This document shows positions 1-12,703 of a stretch of 64,000 nucleotides of DNA, one piece after another. Both the position numbers and the translations under genes were made by a program. Within the stretch, counting starts at the first letter, position 1, and each line of letters begins with the position of its first letter. The DNA is taken from assembly GCF_036321535.1 (NCBI RefSeq), contig NC_087442.1:75950001-76014000 (forward strand), in the 5' to 3' direction. Under the pieces are notes generated by a model. That model searched no databases. It saw nothing but the letters and a program-made list of their open reading frames with translations, and was not told the origin of the DNA. This stretch comes from Camelus dromedarius. Taxonomy: Eukaryota.

Positions 1-973
1 TCACTCTCAAGGAAGAGGGAGACTGTGCTAAACTGCGCTGTGCCCTGCAAGGTAAATGGAAACATCACGCAGAGATAAAGTAGAAAGCAGAAATCTCATT
101 CCTTTGCTGCCTTAAGGTAGAAAAGAAAGCATCCTCGGGGCTCCTCCTTCCAAGAGTAGGTTCACATCCAAAATGTAACCGTGACATTTCCTACTCTCGA
201 GGCAGGCAAACCACACGTTCAATGGGTAAGACACATGACTCAGGTTGAAGTCCTGCAATCAGATATATTTTTAATTCAAGTTCTGTGCAGTTTGGCTAAC
301 AGTAACTTTATTGGGCAATTACCTTATTTGGAGTGCTCTTAACAGCACTATCGACAAGAATGTCAGCTTGCTGTGAGAGATGTTCTTGCTGACTGCAACA
401 CAACACAAAACTGTGGCAGGTTTTTCTTCTAACCTATTTATTAAAATTTTATGAGTCAGTCATTTTCTCCCATTTGGGCTCTGCCTTTTAGTTTGTATGG
501 GATCACAGCTGTTTGAATGTAAAGGCAGCCGGCCAGTCTCCCTGCCATTTACACCAGCTGTCTCTAGGCCAGGAAGGCCCCCTTGGTGGGGGATCTCTCG
601 CCCACACAGAAACTGACAGGGCAGTGAGGGGCTGCTGGGTTGGCTTCCCCCATCATCCCAGTGAGCTAACCGAGGACAGGCAGGACACTGCTGGAGGAGA
701 GCCAGGGTGGGCTCTGCCCTGAGATGGAGGGATAGCTTCTGAGCCTGCTTACGGTCAGCCCTGATTGTCCACATTCCTGATAGGGAAGTCACGGCCCATC
801 AGCATCATCCAAAAGGCTGTCCATGACTAGCGTGAGGCCATCATGATTCTCCACAGTGGAACAAAAGTGCTCTCTAGTTAGATCAGTTGGAGGAATACCC
901 TGCATGCTTTCTGCCCCTCTTGGAGAATCAGAGAGCCCAACAATAGCTGGGAGACTCTGAGGAGTGTCCTTTG

Positions 974-1378
974 TGTTATAGGTAGAATTGTGTCTCCTGC
1001 TCCCCCAGCCAAATTTAAAGTGTGGAAGTCCTAACCCCCAGTACCTCAGAATGTGAACTGACCTGGAAATAGAATCCCTGCAGATATAGTTAGTTAAGAT
1101 GAGCTCACACTGCAGTAGAGTGGGCCCAAAATCCAGTCCTTATAAAAAAGAGGATGATGCTTCTATAAGCCAAGGAAGGCCAGAGCTGGCCAGCAACCCC
1201 GAGGCTGAAGGGAGCACAGAGTCGTAGAGGAGATTCTCCCCAACAGCCTCAGAAGGAGCCAACCCCACTGACACCTTGCTTTGGTCCTCTAGCCTGCAGA
1301 ACTGTGAGACAGTACATTTTTGCTTTAAGCCACCCAGGTTGTGATACTTTGTTCAGAGAGCCCTAGCAAACTAATACA
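974..1378 (+). mobile_element. MaLR solo LTR (MLT1A/B/C-like)
   Basis: Starts tgttataggtagaattgtgtc and ends ctaataca; typical MLT1 internal motifs (ccagtacctcagaatgtga, gcctgcagaactgtgaga, aagccacccagg). Confidence 0.9.
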
Positions 1379-1389
1379 GGAAAGAGAAC

Positions 1390-1490
1390 TTCCCCACAGT
1401 CTCACAGCTGGTTAATGGAGAAGCCAGGAAGCGAATTCGGCCTCCCGGCCTTGAGGGCAGTACCGTGTCCATACATCACACTACATGTGC
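1390..1490 (-). mobile_element. MIR SINE fragment
   Basis: cacagtctcacagctggttaatggagaagccagg resembles the reverse MIR core; degenerate. Confidence 0.55.
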
Positions 1491-1664
1491 TCCACTTCCA
1501 CTCCTTGGCTTCAGACCCCTTTCGAAATGCAGCAAAGACGTAGAAATGGGAGGAGAGAAATGTGACCAAAAGGAAAGGAGAAAAGAAAGGAAGAAAGTAG
1601 TGCTTCCTCGATTCTTCCTCCTCTTCCAGGGCCTTCCTCAGTGAGTATTAAAGTGATCTTCTTA

Positions 1665-1905
1665 GCAGTAGCTAAACTCACTGAGCACTTGCTGTGTGCC
1701 AGGCATGGTTCTAGGCACTTTACATCAAGACCTGACCCCAGCCTGGAGCTACATACTACTGTTATCCCCAATGGACAGGTAAAGAAACTAACGCAAAGAT
1801 TTTTGGATAACTTGTCCAGAGTCACTCCGCTAATTAGCGATGGAGCCACAATTTGGTCCCAGTCAGTAAGTCTCCAGACCCAATTCTAACCACTCCGCTG
1901 TGCAC
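1665..1905 (-). mobile_element. MIR SINE
   Basis: tagctaaactcactgagcacttgctgtgtgccaggc...gaaactaacg...aacttgtccagagtcac matches the reverse MIR consensus. Confidence 0.85.
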
Positions 1906-3546
1906 TTCCGTGCCTTCACTCAAACAACGTAGGGAGAAAGGGTCTTTGCAACCTGAAGTCAAACAAAGCCTTTCACGTTTTCAGTGCTAAAACCCCAGGA
2001 AAGCCTCTAAGCAAATACCCATCATCAGGTCCAAGTGTTTTTCCAGAACCTGGGCTTTATAGAAAAAGAAGGCTTTGATTACTTATATTCTGGGCATCAA
2101 GACGCCACTCGTTTTATTCAAGAACTTTTGTCTATTCAGTTCCTTCTGATTGTGTTCTTTTATGGAGTTTGGCTCTGAGGATCTCTGTTTGCAGTGCAAG
2201 GAGCATGCTGGGTTAAAGGCCTCATTCAGGAGGCAAAATACATGAGTCTTAGCGTCTTTATACAATAGAGCAGAACTGCACTGTAAAATTTCCACTTGCT
2301 CTGCCTCTTTGATGCAAGGCAAATGCTGAGCCGTCAGCATTGGTGCTACAGTTACAGCAAATCACTGGCTTTTCCAGGGCAGGTTCGATTTCAAGGATCC
2401 TGCCCCGTTGTCAGTGCACATGACAAAGGTTGAATCACACCAAGGCTCAAAAATAGGATCACCATAATATGATGCATTTCAGGCAATAAACTACAGCTAC
2501 CAATTTTTATAGGTTATTAACCAAACAATATCTCCAAGGAAGCCTCAGCTCTCTTAATATTACACATTTGTATCCAAATGCTAACTTTTTTTTTTTTTTC
2601 ATTCTCCTGCCAGGTGTGTGAGAATTAGAGGCCACATAGGGAAAAGTTACAGATTAAAGAAACAGTTTGCAGGAATTTAAAATACCCTCTCCTGCCAGAC
2701 TGAACAATGTGATTTAAAACCTCAAAGGTTTTTTGCTTGCCCTGAAGCAAGCAGCCACTGTAATAATTTAACTGGAACATTTTATTACTTTAGTCATTAA
2801 CTTTAAAAATGCAGATCTTCTGAATATAGCCAACAACTAACAATCTTCTTCTTGGCTAAAAGATTTATTCTTCAGGGTTTCTTCTAGATTCTCTGAAATT
2901 TCTCTTCCATCTTTTCTTCTCAGCTTAGCGGAATATAAAAAATTCATGTTCACATTTTTCTTAAATCTTGATTTTTCTATGTATATTCTAAAATGCATCT
3001 GATTTGTATAAGAATCTTGGAATGCAGTGTTTAGAAGAAAACAAGGAAAATGCAAATCCAAATGTAGCCTCTGTCCGTATTTTCTAGTTGGGATTTAAAG
3101 TGTAGACTGGACCAGACCAAAGCCAAAGAGGCATATAGATACAGTGGATATAAATCTAAACATATTCCTAAGAACACTGAAGCTTCATCATAGTGAACAT
3201 GATACACACAAAGGACTAGGAAGGAAGTCACCTCTGTGAGTCCAGTCACCCAGGCTACAAGTGAAATTATACTCCCACACTGATAAGAAAAATGTATTTG
3301 GAAATATGACACTTTAGCCTATTGCCATGATTATAATGCCAAATAGAGCAAATTTTTAAAATTTATACCCCAAATCCATGTTACCAAGCTACCTATGGGT
3401 CTCCCCACCCCCACTGCTGGTACAGCCCTCTTCACCACTTCTTCCCAGACTGCCTGTATCTGAAATACCCTGAAGTCCTAGGCCAGGCACTAGAGCCCCC
3501 ATCTGCTCCTTCTTGTACTCAGGTAAAGGAAACAAGTGGCTCTCAC

Positions 3547-3712
3547 CTAGCAGTGTGCGTGAGAACCGCCTTCCAAGCCTCCTGTTCCACTGGGCCCCAC
3601 CCCCAGGGCTTCTGATTCTGAAAGTCTGGGGTGGGGCTGAGGAATGTGCATTTCTAACAAGCTCCTAGTTGATGTGAATCTGCCGGTCCTAGGTCTACAC
3701 TCGAAGAATCTC
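3547..3712. mobile_element. MER5A-like hAT-Charlie MITE
   Basis: gggccccacccccagggcttctgattc...tgtgcatttctaacaagctcc...gatg is the MER5A core. Confidence 0.8.
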
Positions 3713-3896
3713 TGGTCTTAAACTAATGAGAAATTGCTGTTTTAAACATCCCAAATATTTGTGTTGACGTTTAGATGCTTTATTTTCATGGCATTTTCCC
3801 CCTGTGTTTGGTTTCCCATTTTATAGCATGTTGAACTGTGAGGATCAGATTGGATGGCTGGGCCGCCAGACTGAAGGGAGATTGATCTCACATTGT

Positions 3897-3918
3897 AAAA
3901 AAAAAAAAAAAAAAAAAA
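3897..3918. repeat. poly(A) run
   Basis: About 22 consecutive A. Confidence 0.95.
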
Positions 3919-6447
3919 CTGTGACAGGCTTTTATGACAAGGGGAACAAACATGAGTGCTTATGGCTGAACACCACTCACCCCTGATTGTACTGCGAAAA
4001 GCCTCACTTGGGAAATAAAATGATGCTTGCTGATTTCTTGAAATCGGTCCTGAGACCACTTTGCTGGAAAAGAACATCATGTTCTGGCATCGTCCACAGG
4101 GCACAGCGCTATCTGACTCTGAGTGTCAGGATCCCCAGGAGTCTCACGTAGTCTGGGCTGCAGGATAAAGATGCAGGGAGCTAAATATAGCCCCGTGGAT
4201 TTCTGGTGTGGCCTTAGGAGAAAGGAGCCACCTCCCTTGTCATCATTTTCTGCCTTGAAGGGGCAGTGTTCCATGTATGGTTTTTAATGGTCTCTGCACA
4301 TTCTTTGATACGTTTGAAGATGAGCTCAGGCTTGAGCTTTTGGTGTTTTCCTTCCGGGGGCTCCTGAGAAAACAGGGTTCAAGAGGTTAGCAGGAATCGG
4401 CACTCCGATAAGCCCTGAAGTCCTTCAGCGGATGCCCTTCTGTGGCCTTCGGTCCTGATTTGCTGCTGCCCGGGAGTCAGAGAATGCAGCGGGCTCGGCA
4501 ATAAGGATCCACAAGGCTTTTCCCGAGGAGACCTTCTGGTTGCTTTGTCTGCAGTTTCTTCTCATTGCCCTTTGCAGCTAACTGTTCCCTTGTCCTGATC
4601 CAAACCCCAACAGGCAGCCTTCCTGGAAACCCCCAGTGCCCGATCGCCAGCACTTTGGAGAAAACTACTTGTCTCCCTGAACATAGATTCTGCACAAACT
4701 CAGCAGACACGTGCAACAGGTCTGACTTGACAGCAATCTGTAGGTGGCTTGTTATAGCTGCATTTGGTCTCTGAGAATCCATCCTACAGCCCAGCTTCAT
4801 GACTAAAACCCCTAAGTGGAACTCTTCTAAATTGTATGTATTTTTTTAAGTAATCTTTAATCTTTTAAAAAATAATCTGTCATAGCTTATGCTCGTATCT
4901 ATAAGTGAAGGAATTTTACAGTTTTAGAAGGGCCAGGGGCCCCTCCTCGTGTGCAGATCTGTACAGGTGTGGCCCCATCTCTGGGCAGAGAGACCCCACA
5001 TGCACAAGGACCGGCGGACCCTCACTCCACACACTGGTGGCCGCCGCCACCTCCTGAGCGAGTGCTGGTGCAGAGTCCTGCTGTCCTTCATGGGAAAGAG
5101 CCAAAGCAGGGGCCCAGGCAGGCATCCCTCTCCCACTGTCGACAAGTCCCTGGCACCCTTGATCTCCCTCCACCTCCTCCCAGGATTTTCCCTCCACCTC
5201 CTTGCCTCAACCAAAGCCCAGCTCTGCTCTGAGAACCCCACTTCTGCAGCCCTGCCCGGAGGAAGCGCTCACTGTCCCACAGCTTTTTAAGGTGGTGGTG
5301 ACGCTGTCCTCCTTGATTTCCAGTGCTGCTTCCAGGGTATATCCTGGTACCCTCAGGTTACAAACAAACAAGAATAAAAAAAGCTCATTGAGATTCACAT
5401 CACCAGGTGGCCTCTCTCCCAGCCTCTCCCCATCGCTGCAATGTACAGCCTCCCAGACCTGCATACTTTCTGAGCAGTTTGGCAGCTGCCCACCCCCGCC
5501 CCCTTCTTCCTCCACCTTCAAGCCCTGTCGCCTTCACAGATACCTTTTCAGTGGGCATCTATACAAATGTGGACTCTCCGTGCTTTGATTTCCTCTACTT
5601 AATTCCTCTCCACTCCAGGCACCTGCTTCAGATCCTGGATTCTGCCATTACCTACAGCCTCCAAAAAACAAAAACGAGATATCCTTTCTCTGTCCTTCAA
5701 GCTGGTCAAGACCTTGATCCCTCAGACTTGACTTTCTTTCTCTGTCATCACTGGCTTTCTGACCAGTGCACCCTCACTTCAATCCTTTCTTTACCAACAT
5801 CCTCAAATCCTTTACCTCAAACCCTTGTCCTTATAGAACTCCACCGAGACCCCAACCCTAGATTACTCTAACCACCTGCCTTCTTTACTTCCACACTGGG
5901 ACAGTTAAGTAGTTCCCGAGGGAAAAGAAAATCACACAACCCCAGAAACAGGTACCATTACCAAGGATGCAATCCTTCTATGTTTCTCTGCTCAGCTCCC
6001 TGCTGTGCCCCACAGTGGCAGTTTCAAGTCTTCTCCATTCTCCTCAAAGTTTATCTCACCAATTCCCCACCAGTCCAAGCACACAGCCTTGTCTCCTCCC
6101 TCACAGGAGAAATAAATACCATCACATAAAGTATCTCCTCACCTTACAGCCACAACATATCCACGCATTTCTCTTCTTCTATAGCACCATTTCCCCGTTC
6201 TCTCCTGCCACAGTGCAAGAGGGGTCCCTCCTTCCAGCCCAAGCAAATCCCTCTGTTTGTACACTAAAACACGTGCCCTCTGGCTTCTGCACAATCTTAC
6301 AGTGTCCACTTGCCCCCAGAGCCTCTCCTCACTCTCTCCTTGCATTTTGTATCCTTCCCATCAGCACCGAAATATACTCAAGTCTGATAACCTTTCTCAA
6401 CCCTGCATACCCAGGGATCTACCCTCTTCTTCATCATGAAGCTTCTT

Positions 6448-7338
6448 TTTAAAAAGTTATTTATTTTTTTAATTGAAGTACAGTTGATTTACAATGTTGT
6501 GTTAGTTTCAAGAATACAGCAGAGTAATTCAGATATACATATATGTATATATACATATATACATTCTTTTTCAGATTCTTTTCCATTATAGGTTATTACA
6601 AGGTATTGAATATAGTTCCCTGTGCTATACAGTAGGTCCTTGTTGTTTACCTATTTTATATATAGTAGCGTATGTCTGTTAATCCCAAATTTCTAGTTTA
6701 TCCCTCCCCCTATTTCTCCTTTAGGAACCATAAGTATTTTCTCTGGCTGTGAGTATGTTCTGTTTCATGAATAAGTTCATTTGCATCATTTTTTAAAGAT
6801 TCCACAAAAAGTGATATAAAAGATTTGCCTTTGTCTGACTTACTTCAGTTAGTATAATAATCTCTAGGTCCATCCATGTTGCTGCAAATGGCATTATTTC
6901 ATTCTTTTTCTAAGGCTGAGTAGTATTGCATTGTATATATATATACACCCCATCCTCCTTATCCATTCATCTATCAATGGCATTTAGGTTGCTTCCATGT
7001 CTTGGCTATTGTCAATAGTGCTGCTATGAACATAGGGGTCCATCTATCTTTTAAAGTTGGANNNNNNNNNNNNNNNNNNNNNNNNNNNNNNNNNNNNNNN
7101 NNNNNNNNNNNNNNNNNNNNNNNNNNNNNNNNNNNNNNNNNNNNNNNNNNNNNNNNNNNNNNNNNNNNNNNNNNNNNNNNNNNNNNNNNNNNNNNNNNNN
7201 NNNNNTCCCCACATCCTCTCTAGCATTTATTATTTGTAGACTTTTTGGTGATGGCCATTCTGACCAGTGTGAGGTGATACCTCATTATAGTTCTGATTTT
7301 CAATTCTCTAATAATTAGTGATGTTGAGCAGCTTTCAA
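6448..7338 (-). mobile_element. 5'-truncated L1 (3' UTR plus ORF2 end) with exact TSD
   Basis: Poly(T) then aattgaagtacagttgatttacaatgttgtg... on +. Exact 13-bp TSD catgaagcttctt at 6435-6447 and 7339-7351. N gap at 7062-7205. Confidence 0.95.
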
Positions 7339-7675
7339 CATGAAGCTTCTTGACAGGGTTACTTTCATCTTCTGCTTCGATTTCCTCCCTGCAGACTGTC
7401 TTCTGGACTTAACAGACATTCACCAAGGTCACCAGTGACCTCTGTGTCATTAAATCTAGAAGACACTTTGGTCCTTATCTTTTTTTACTTCTTGGCAGTA
7501 TTTGACACTAATAACCATCCTTTTCTATTTAAACTACTCTCTTCTTTTGGCTTCCATGGCACCACACTCTCCTTGTTTTCCTCCTTTTCTTTATAATTTA
7601 TTCTGCTTTGAGGACCTCTCTTCCCCTACCTGCCCCTTAAATATTGGTGTTTCTTTGTGATTCAATTATTGAAAC

Positions 7676-8214
7676 TGTTCCAATTATCTATTATTCCAAA
7701 GCAAACTACCCCAAAACTTAGTAGCTGAAAGCAACAACCATTCCATTATGCTAATAACATTGTGGGTTGGAAGTTGAGGCAGGGCTCCACGGGATAGTTC
7801 GTCGGCTCCATGTGGCATCAGCTGGGGTCACTTGATGATATTCCACTAGTGGCTGGGCTGGAAGTCCCCAGATGTCTTCACTCACTTGCCTGGCACTTTG
7901 GCAGAGATAGCCAGAAAGCTGGGGCCCTGTCCGGATCCAGGTAGTCTCAGGACTTCTCCACATGGTCTCTCCAGCCAGATTGTCAATCATCTCACAAGGC
8001 AAATCAGGGATCCAAGAACAAGTGTTCCAGAGATAGGAAAAAAAGGCTGCCTGTCTCTTAGAGCCTGAGCCTGGAATCTAATGCAGCATTACTTCTGCTT
8101 TATTCTATTGGTCACCTAGTCATAAGCCCACCCAGATTCGAGGGAGGAGACACAGACCCAGCTCTCAATGGGAAAAGAGATCCAAGTATTTGTGGTCATC
8201 TTCAATCCACCACA
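7676..8214 (-). mobile_element. Old MaLR LTR (MLT1F-K-like)
   Basis: aaactaccccaaaacttagtagctgaaagcaacaacc...ccagattcgagggagg...aatccaccaca matches a reverse MLT1. Confidence 0.8.
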
Positions 8215-8682
8215 GTCTTCTCCTCAGCAAAAAACAGTCTCTGCACAGCTGTCATCATCTTTCTCCTAGATTACTAATGCCTTCCTACCTGGTCTCCCTG
8301 ATCCCACATTGCCCCTTCCCCCCTGTTATCTGCAGCAAAGCCAGAGCAACCTTGCTGTAACGTGTATCACATCACAGCACTCTCCTGGCTGGACCACCTT
8401 AGCAGCTTCCATTGCCCACAGAGGGAAACTCAGACTCCTTATCATGGCCAACTAGGTCCTTTGCGATCTGTCACTACTGATGTCTCTGCCTTCACTCCTC
8501 ACCACTTCTTATACTCCACAACCTGTGATATTGATGTCCCCAAGCATGCCATGCCTCCTTTGATCTCCAAGCCTTTGGAGTACTTCTGCCCAGCACTCCC
8601 TGTGCTCCACCACCCGTGAGTGAGCACAAATGCATGCTCACAGGTGTTCCACCTTCACCCTCCTTCAGACCTTGGCTTAGAC

Positions 8683-8864
8683 AAGTGATTCTCAAAATGT
8701 GGTCCCAGAGCAGGCAGCACTGGCATCAACTGGGAACTTTTTAGAAATGTGGTCTCAGGCCCCACCCCAGACCTGCTGAATCAGAAATTCTAAAGATGGG
8801 GCCAGAAATCTGTTTAATAGTCCCCTCAGGTGATTGTGGTGCATGCTGAAGTCTGGGAACACTG
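8683..8864. mobile_element. MER5A hAT MITE
   Basis: Inverted termini aagtgattctcaaa / gggaacactg; degenerate 8-bp TSD gcttagac / ctttagac. Confidence 0.9.
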
Positions 8865-9524
8865 CTTTAGACAACACTTCCTCCAGGCAGCTTTCCCTGA
8901 CCTGACCCCCACCCACCTCCTGGGATAAGGATCTCTTCTGTGTATTCCCACAGTCCCCCATCCTCCTCTGACCGTATCCCTATCACAGGGTAGTGTGATT
9001 GCCTACTTACTTGCTTAATCCCAGTAGGCTCTCTCCGAGCTCCCACAGGCAAGGACTGTGTCTTGTTTATTGCTGCATCACCAGCATCTACATAAGGCCT
9101 GTCACAGTAGTAGCTCAATAAAAAGTGGCGAAGCCAAGGTTCAAACCCTAGTGTGCATCTCTATCTTCTAGAAGGGCAGTCTACAAACACCAGAAAAAGA
9201 GAGAGAGAGTGTGTGTTAGTGCACTGAGGATACTGGTAATTAGCAGCTGGAATCAGGCTTCAAGTAAATGCTTTGATCCTTGCATAACAGAAAGGAGACA
9301 CTGAGTAGGTACAGTGCCTACAAGAGAATTAATAAAACCCCAGAGGGGAGAGAGATGCACTGTTCAATCAATTTTAAATTCTGAAAATTGACTACCTGAC
9401 TCTAGCCCTGAAGTCAGATAAACCCAGCTCATCATCTCCCTGTCTCTGCATGGCCAGTTCCCCCCTTCTGCTTGCATTTTAATATACTAACTGTGTTGAC
9501 TGGAGTATCTTAAAAACTTTGGGA

Positions 9525-9672
9525 NNNNNNNNNNNNNNNNNNNNNNNNNNNNNNNNNNNNNNNNNNNNNNNNNNNNNNNNNNNNNNNNNNNNNNNNNNNN
9601 NNNNNNNNNNNNNNNNNNNNNNNNNNNNNNNNNNNNNNNNNNNNNNNNNNNNNNNNNNNNNNNNNNNNNNNN
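9525..9672. other. N gap (148 nt) not flanked by L1 sequence
   Basis: Visible directly; the other seven gaps lie inside L1 copies. Confidence 0.95.
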
Positions 9673-9710
9673 GACAGAGCAGGAGATAGGAGGCTCTGCT
9701 TAGTGCTCAC

Positions 9711-9756
9711 CTGAGGTGCTGTTGGTAGGAATGTAGGAATGAACTGCTTCTATTTT
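9711..9756 (-). ncRNA. Candidate 46-nt internal exon
   Basis: Acceptor tatctttctatgcag|A and donor CAG|gtgagc. Sequence-only prediction. Confidence 0.25.
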
Positions 9757-9989
9757 CTGCATAGAAAGATATGACTGTTTAAGTATTGAGGGCCAAAATT
9801 ATCAGAGTGGCAATATAATTACTGACTCTCAATTCTTTTAAATGTAACCTTGTGATTCACAAAATACTTTCCAAATTATGAAACACATTTCATGAATTGC
9901 TAGGGAACTTAAGAAAATGAGCCCTTCTCATTAGAAATAAAACATCAAAATGGCTACATCTGAAAATCAGGAAAGACCCAAAGTCACGT

Positions 9990-10125
9990 CCCAAGTCTTC
10001 ACTAGCTCTCTGGACTACTTAATGTTTCTGTACCTCACCTGAAAAATGTGGTAATAATACCTCTTTTTTCAGAGCATTGTTTTGACGATTACATAAGATA
10101 ATGCATGTGTTCTCCTCAACACACA
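9990..10125 (+). mobile_element. MIR fragment
   Basis: actagctc...ctgtacctcacctgaaaaatgtggtaataatacc resembles the MIR core. Confidence 0.65.
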
Positions 10126-10184
10126 GCTAATAGCTATCTTTTCTATCTATAAAGATAGCATAATAGGTATCTTTTCTATTCTTC

Positions 10185-10815
10185 CTAGTCAGAATTAGTG
10201 ATACAAAAANNNNNNNNNNNNNNNNNNNNNNNNNNNNNNNNNNNNNNNNNNNNNNNNNNNNNNNNNNNNNNNNNNNNNNNNNNNNNNNNNNNNNNNNNNN
10301 NNNNNNNNNNNNNNNNNNNNNNNNNNNNNNNNNNNNNNNNNNNNNNNTGTGTCATAGCAGCACTATTCACAATAGCCAAGTGATCCAAATGTCCACTGAC
10401 AGATAAATGCACAAACAAAACATGCTATATACATACAATTGAAATATTATTCAGCCTTGAAAAGGAAGGAAATCCTATCACATGCTACAACATGGATGCA
10501 CCCTGAGAATATTATGCTAAGAAAATGAGCCAGCCACAAAAAGATAAACACTGTACAATCCCATTTACGTCAGATATCTAAAGTAGTCGAACTCACAGAA
10601 GCAGAAAGTGGAATGTTGGTTACCAAGGCCTAGGGAGAAGGAAATGGGTAGTTGTTTAATGGGCACAGAGCTTCCATTTTACCAGGTGAAAAGGTTCTAG
10701 AAATCCTTTGTACAACAGCATGAGTATATTTAACACATAGAACTGTACGCCTAAATATAGTTAAGATAGTCAATTTTAGGTTATGTGTTTTTTTTTAACC
10801 ACACTAATTTTTTTT
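10185..10815 (+). mobile_element. L1MB-like 3' end
   Basis: gcagcactattcacaatagccaag...catgctacaacatggatg...gcagaaagtggaatgttggttacca...aattttaggttatgtg. N gap at 10210-10347. Confidence 0.9.
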
Positions 10816-10829
10816 AACCTTAAAAAACA

Positions 10830-11560
10830 AGTAGACCTGTTTCCTTCCCTTTGTTCCAGCTAGTTCTGTGGGCTCCTGCCCTTCTCACCTCTCCTTCTCA
10901 TCCCTCTCCCTCTTTGCTCCCTCCTCTTCTCCCACCTGCCCTTTGGTCATTGAGTTTCCTTAGGATTCCAGCTTTGGCCATCCTCCCTTCTTGTCTCACA
11001 CCCCTAAGAGTTCCAGCCACTTCTCCAGCCTTTACCAGCCACTTACAAGTTGATGACTATTCACTGCTCTGTTCCAAGTTTCTGCAATAGGCACTCAATA
11101 AATATCTGTTAAGTCAGTGAATATCTAGATCTCTCTAGTCCCTACCCAGCTCAAGGCTTCAAAACTGTATTTTCCATCTTCTCAATGAACACCTCCAGCT
11201 GACTGTCCCATAGGTCTCGCAAACTGAACATAACCAAATCTTCATTTATGCAACTTCTCCTAAGGAAATAAAGAAGCTCCTCTCTTTGTGATCTTGGTTA
11301 ATATTGTCCTGGATTTTCCCAACCTGCTTTCACTGATTATCCAAACCCTACTGATCTCAAACTAGAGATGTCTTGAGAATCTGACCACTTCTCTCCTTCC
11401 CCAGAACCTCATTGTTTCTCACCTGGACAATGGCAATCACTCCCTGCCTGTCTCTATTTGCTCCTCCAAGTTTATTCTCTACACTATTGCCAGATTTTTC
11501 TTTCTGAAGGGCAGATCTCATTGTGGAGCAATGTTGCGTAAGCTTTAACCCCACCATCAC
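10830..11560 (+). mobile_element. L2 fragments
   Basis: L2 tail gcactcaataaatatctgtt at about 11090-11110, and tctgaccacttctctcc...attgtttctcacctggac...ctccctgcctgtctc at about 11380-11460. Confidence 0.65.
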
Positions 11561-11989
11561 TTCCATAGCTCCCATCTCCTACAGAGTTAGTCCCGCGGGC
11601 ATTGGGTGGACAAGCAGAGCCCCTGTGTCCTGGCCCCCACCTGCTCTGCCACTCTTTCCTCCCTGACCCCAGGTCTCCGGCATCACAGACACACTTCCCC
11701 TCGCCCACCAGGCCCATCCTTAGTCCATGTCTGTGTCCATGCCAGCCCCTCTGGCTGGACAGACTCTCCACCACCCCAACTTCCCTTCCTAGGAAGCACT
11801 CATGCTTCGTGGAACAATGTAGCTGTGACGTAAGCTATTTCACCTTGAAAAATTTCCCACCTGAGCACAGTGGTTCAACCAGCTTAGCTACTAGTTACAG
11901 GCTGAAATGTTTTTACAAAATTCAGCTATCCACAAGGAAAGATTTAGGTGCAGGGAGTGGAGATTCTGGCTAGCAATACTTAGATTTAA

Positions 11990-12205
11990 AATCATCACTT
12001 TTATCAGCGTCAAAGAGCATAACTGTCAGGAGCCAAGCTTTGAAAGTTTCTGTAGCTGGGTTATTTGCTCAGCCTCCTTATCTGGCAAATAAGGTTAAGA
12101 ATAATACCTACCTCAAAGACTTACCAAATTTTGGATGAGATGATATATAAAGTGATTAACCCAATACATGGCATAATGTAATGCTTAATAAGTGGCACCT
12201 ATTAT
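11990..12205 (+). mobile_element. MIR SINE
   Basis: gcctccttatctggcaaataagg...aataatacctacctc...ggcataatgtaatgcttaataagtggcacctattatt. Confidence 0.75.
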
Positions 12206-12703
12206 TACAATCATAGAATCATCTTTCTCATTCTGCTACTTAAGCATGTGTTCTCACTAACAGACCTCATTAACATCTCCAGTATCCCTGTATAATTCCT
12301 TGTAAGCAGAGGGGTAAGAGAGATTGAAATAATAGGTGCCGTCCTGAATGGCATGACATGAAGGTCCATGGCCCTGTTGAGTAAGACTACTGTGTGTGTG
12401 TTCTGTATAAAACTTGAAGAAAAGATTTATGTACCTAATAATGTTGTTACATATGGTTAGTGCAATCTAATTCTGCTCATTTGTTCTAATTACACAATTA
12501 AGTTTAATTACCTAGATCATAGGAATGCAGTTGTATTATTGGAAAAATAACTTTTAAAGAAACAGTGTGATGTCTTCTAAAAGCCCAACATTGTTCAGAA
12601 CCAACAAGAGAGTTCTGGAAAATTCTCTTACTGCACCCCATGACTAGGCCTCACTGCAACCTGTTATTATTAAGGTAGATCTTTGCTACTGCAAGCCACT
12701 TAC

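Larger units (their letters stand above)
4950..9120 (+). mobile_element. Long fragmented L2 LINE (ORF2 remnant to 3' end), interrupted by L1, MLT1 and MER5A
   Basis: Pyrimidine-rich L2-like sequence. Translation near 5185-5260, FSLHLLASTKAQLCSENPTSAALPGG, resembles the recalled L2 ORF2 endonuclease segment SLHLLALTETWLSPEDTASPAALSSGG. L2 3' terminus ...gcctgtcacagtagtagctcaataaa ends near 9120. Confidence 0.8.

Noticed and set aside
354-387. Small hairpin caagaatgtc...gatgttcttg
   Set aside because: A 10-bp stem with two G-U pairs is too short for a pre-miRNA and matches no known RNA.
2837-3061. Protein-like C-terminus LRRKDGREISENLEETLKNKSFSQEEDC on the minus strand
   Set aside because: Weak acceptor and purine-rich composition bias; no recognisable homologue or linked coding exon.
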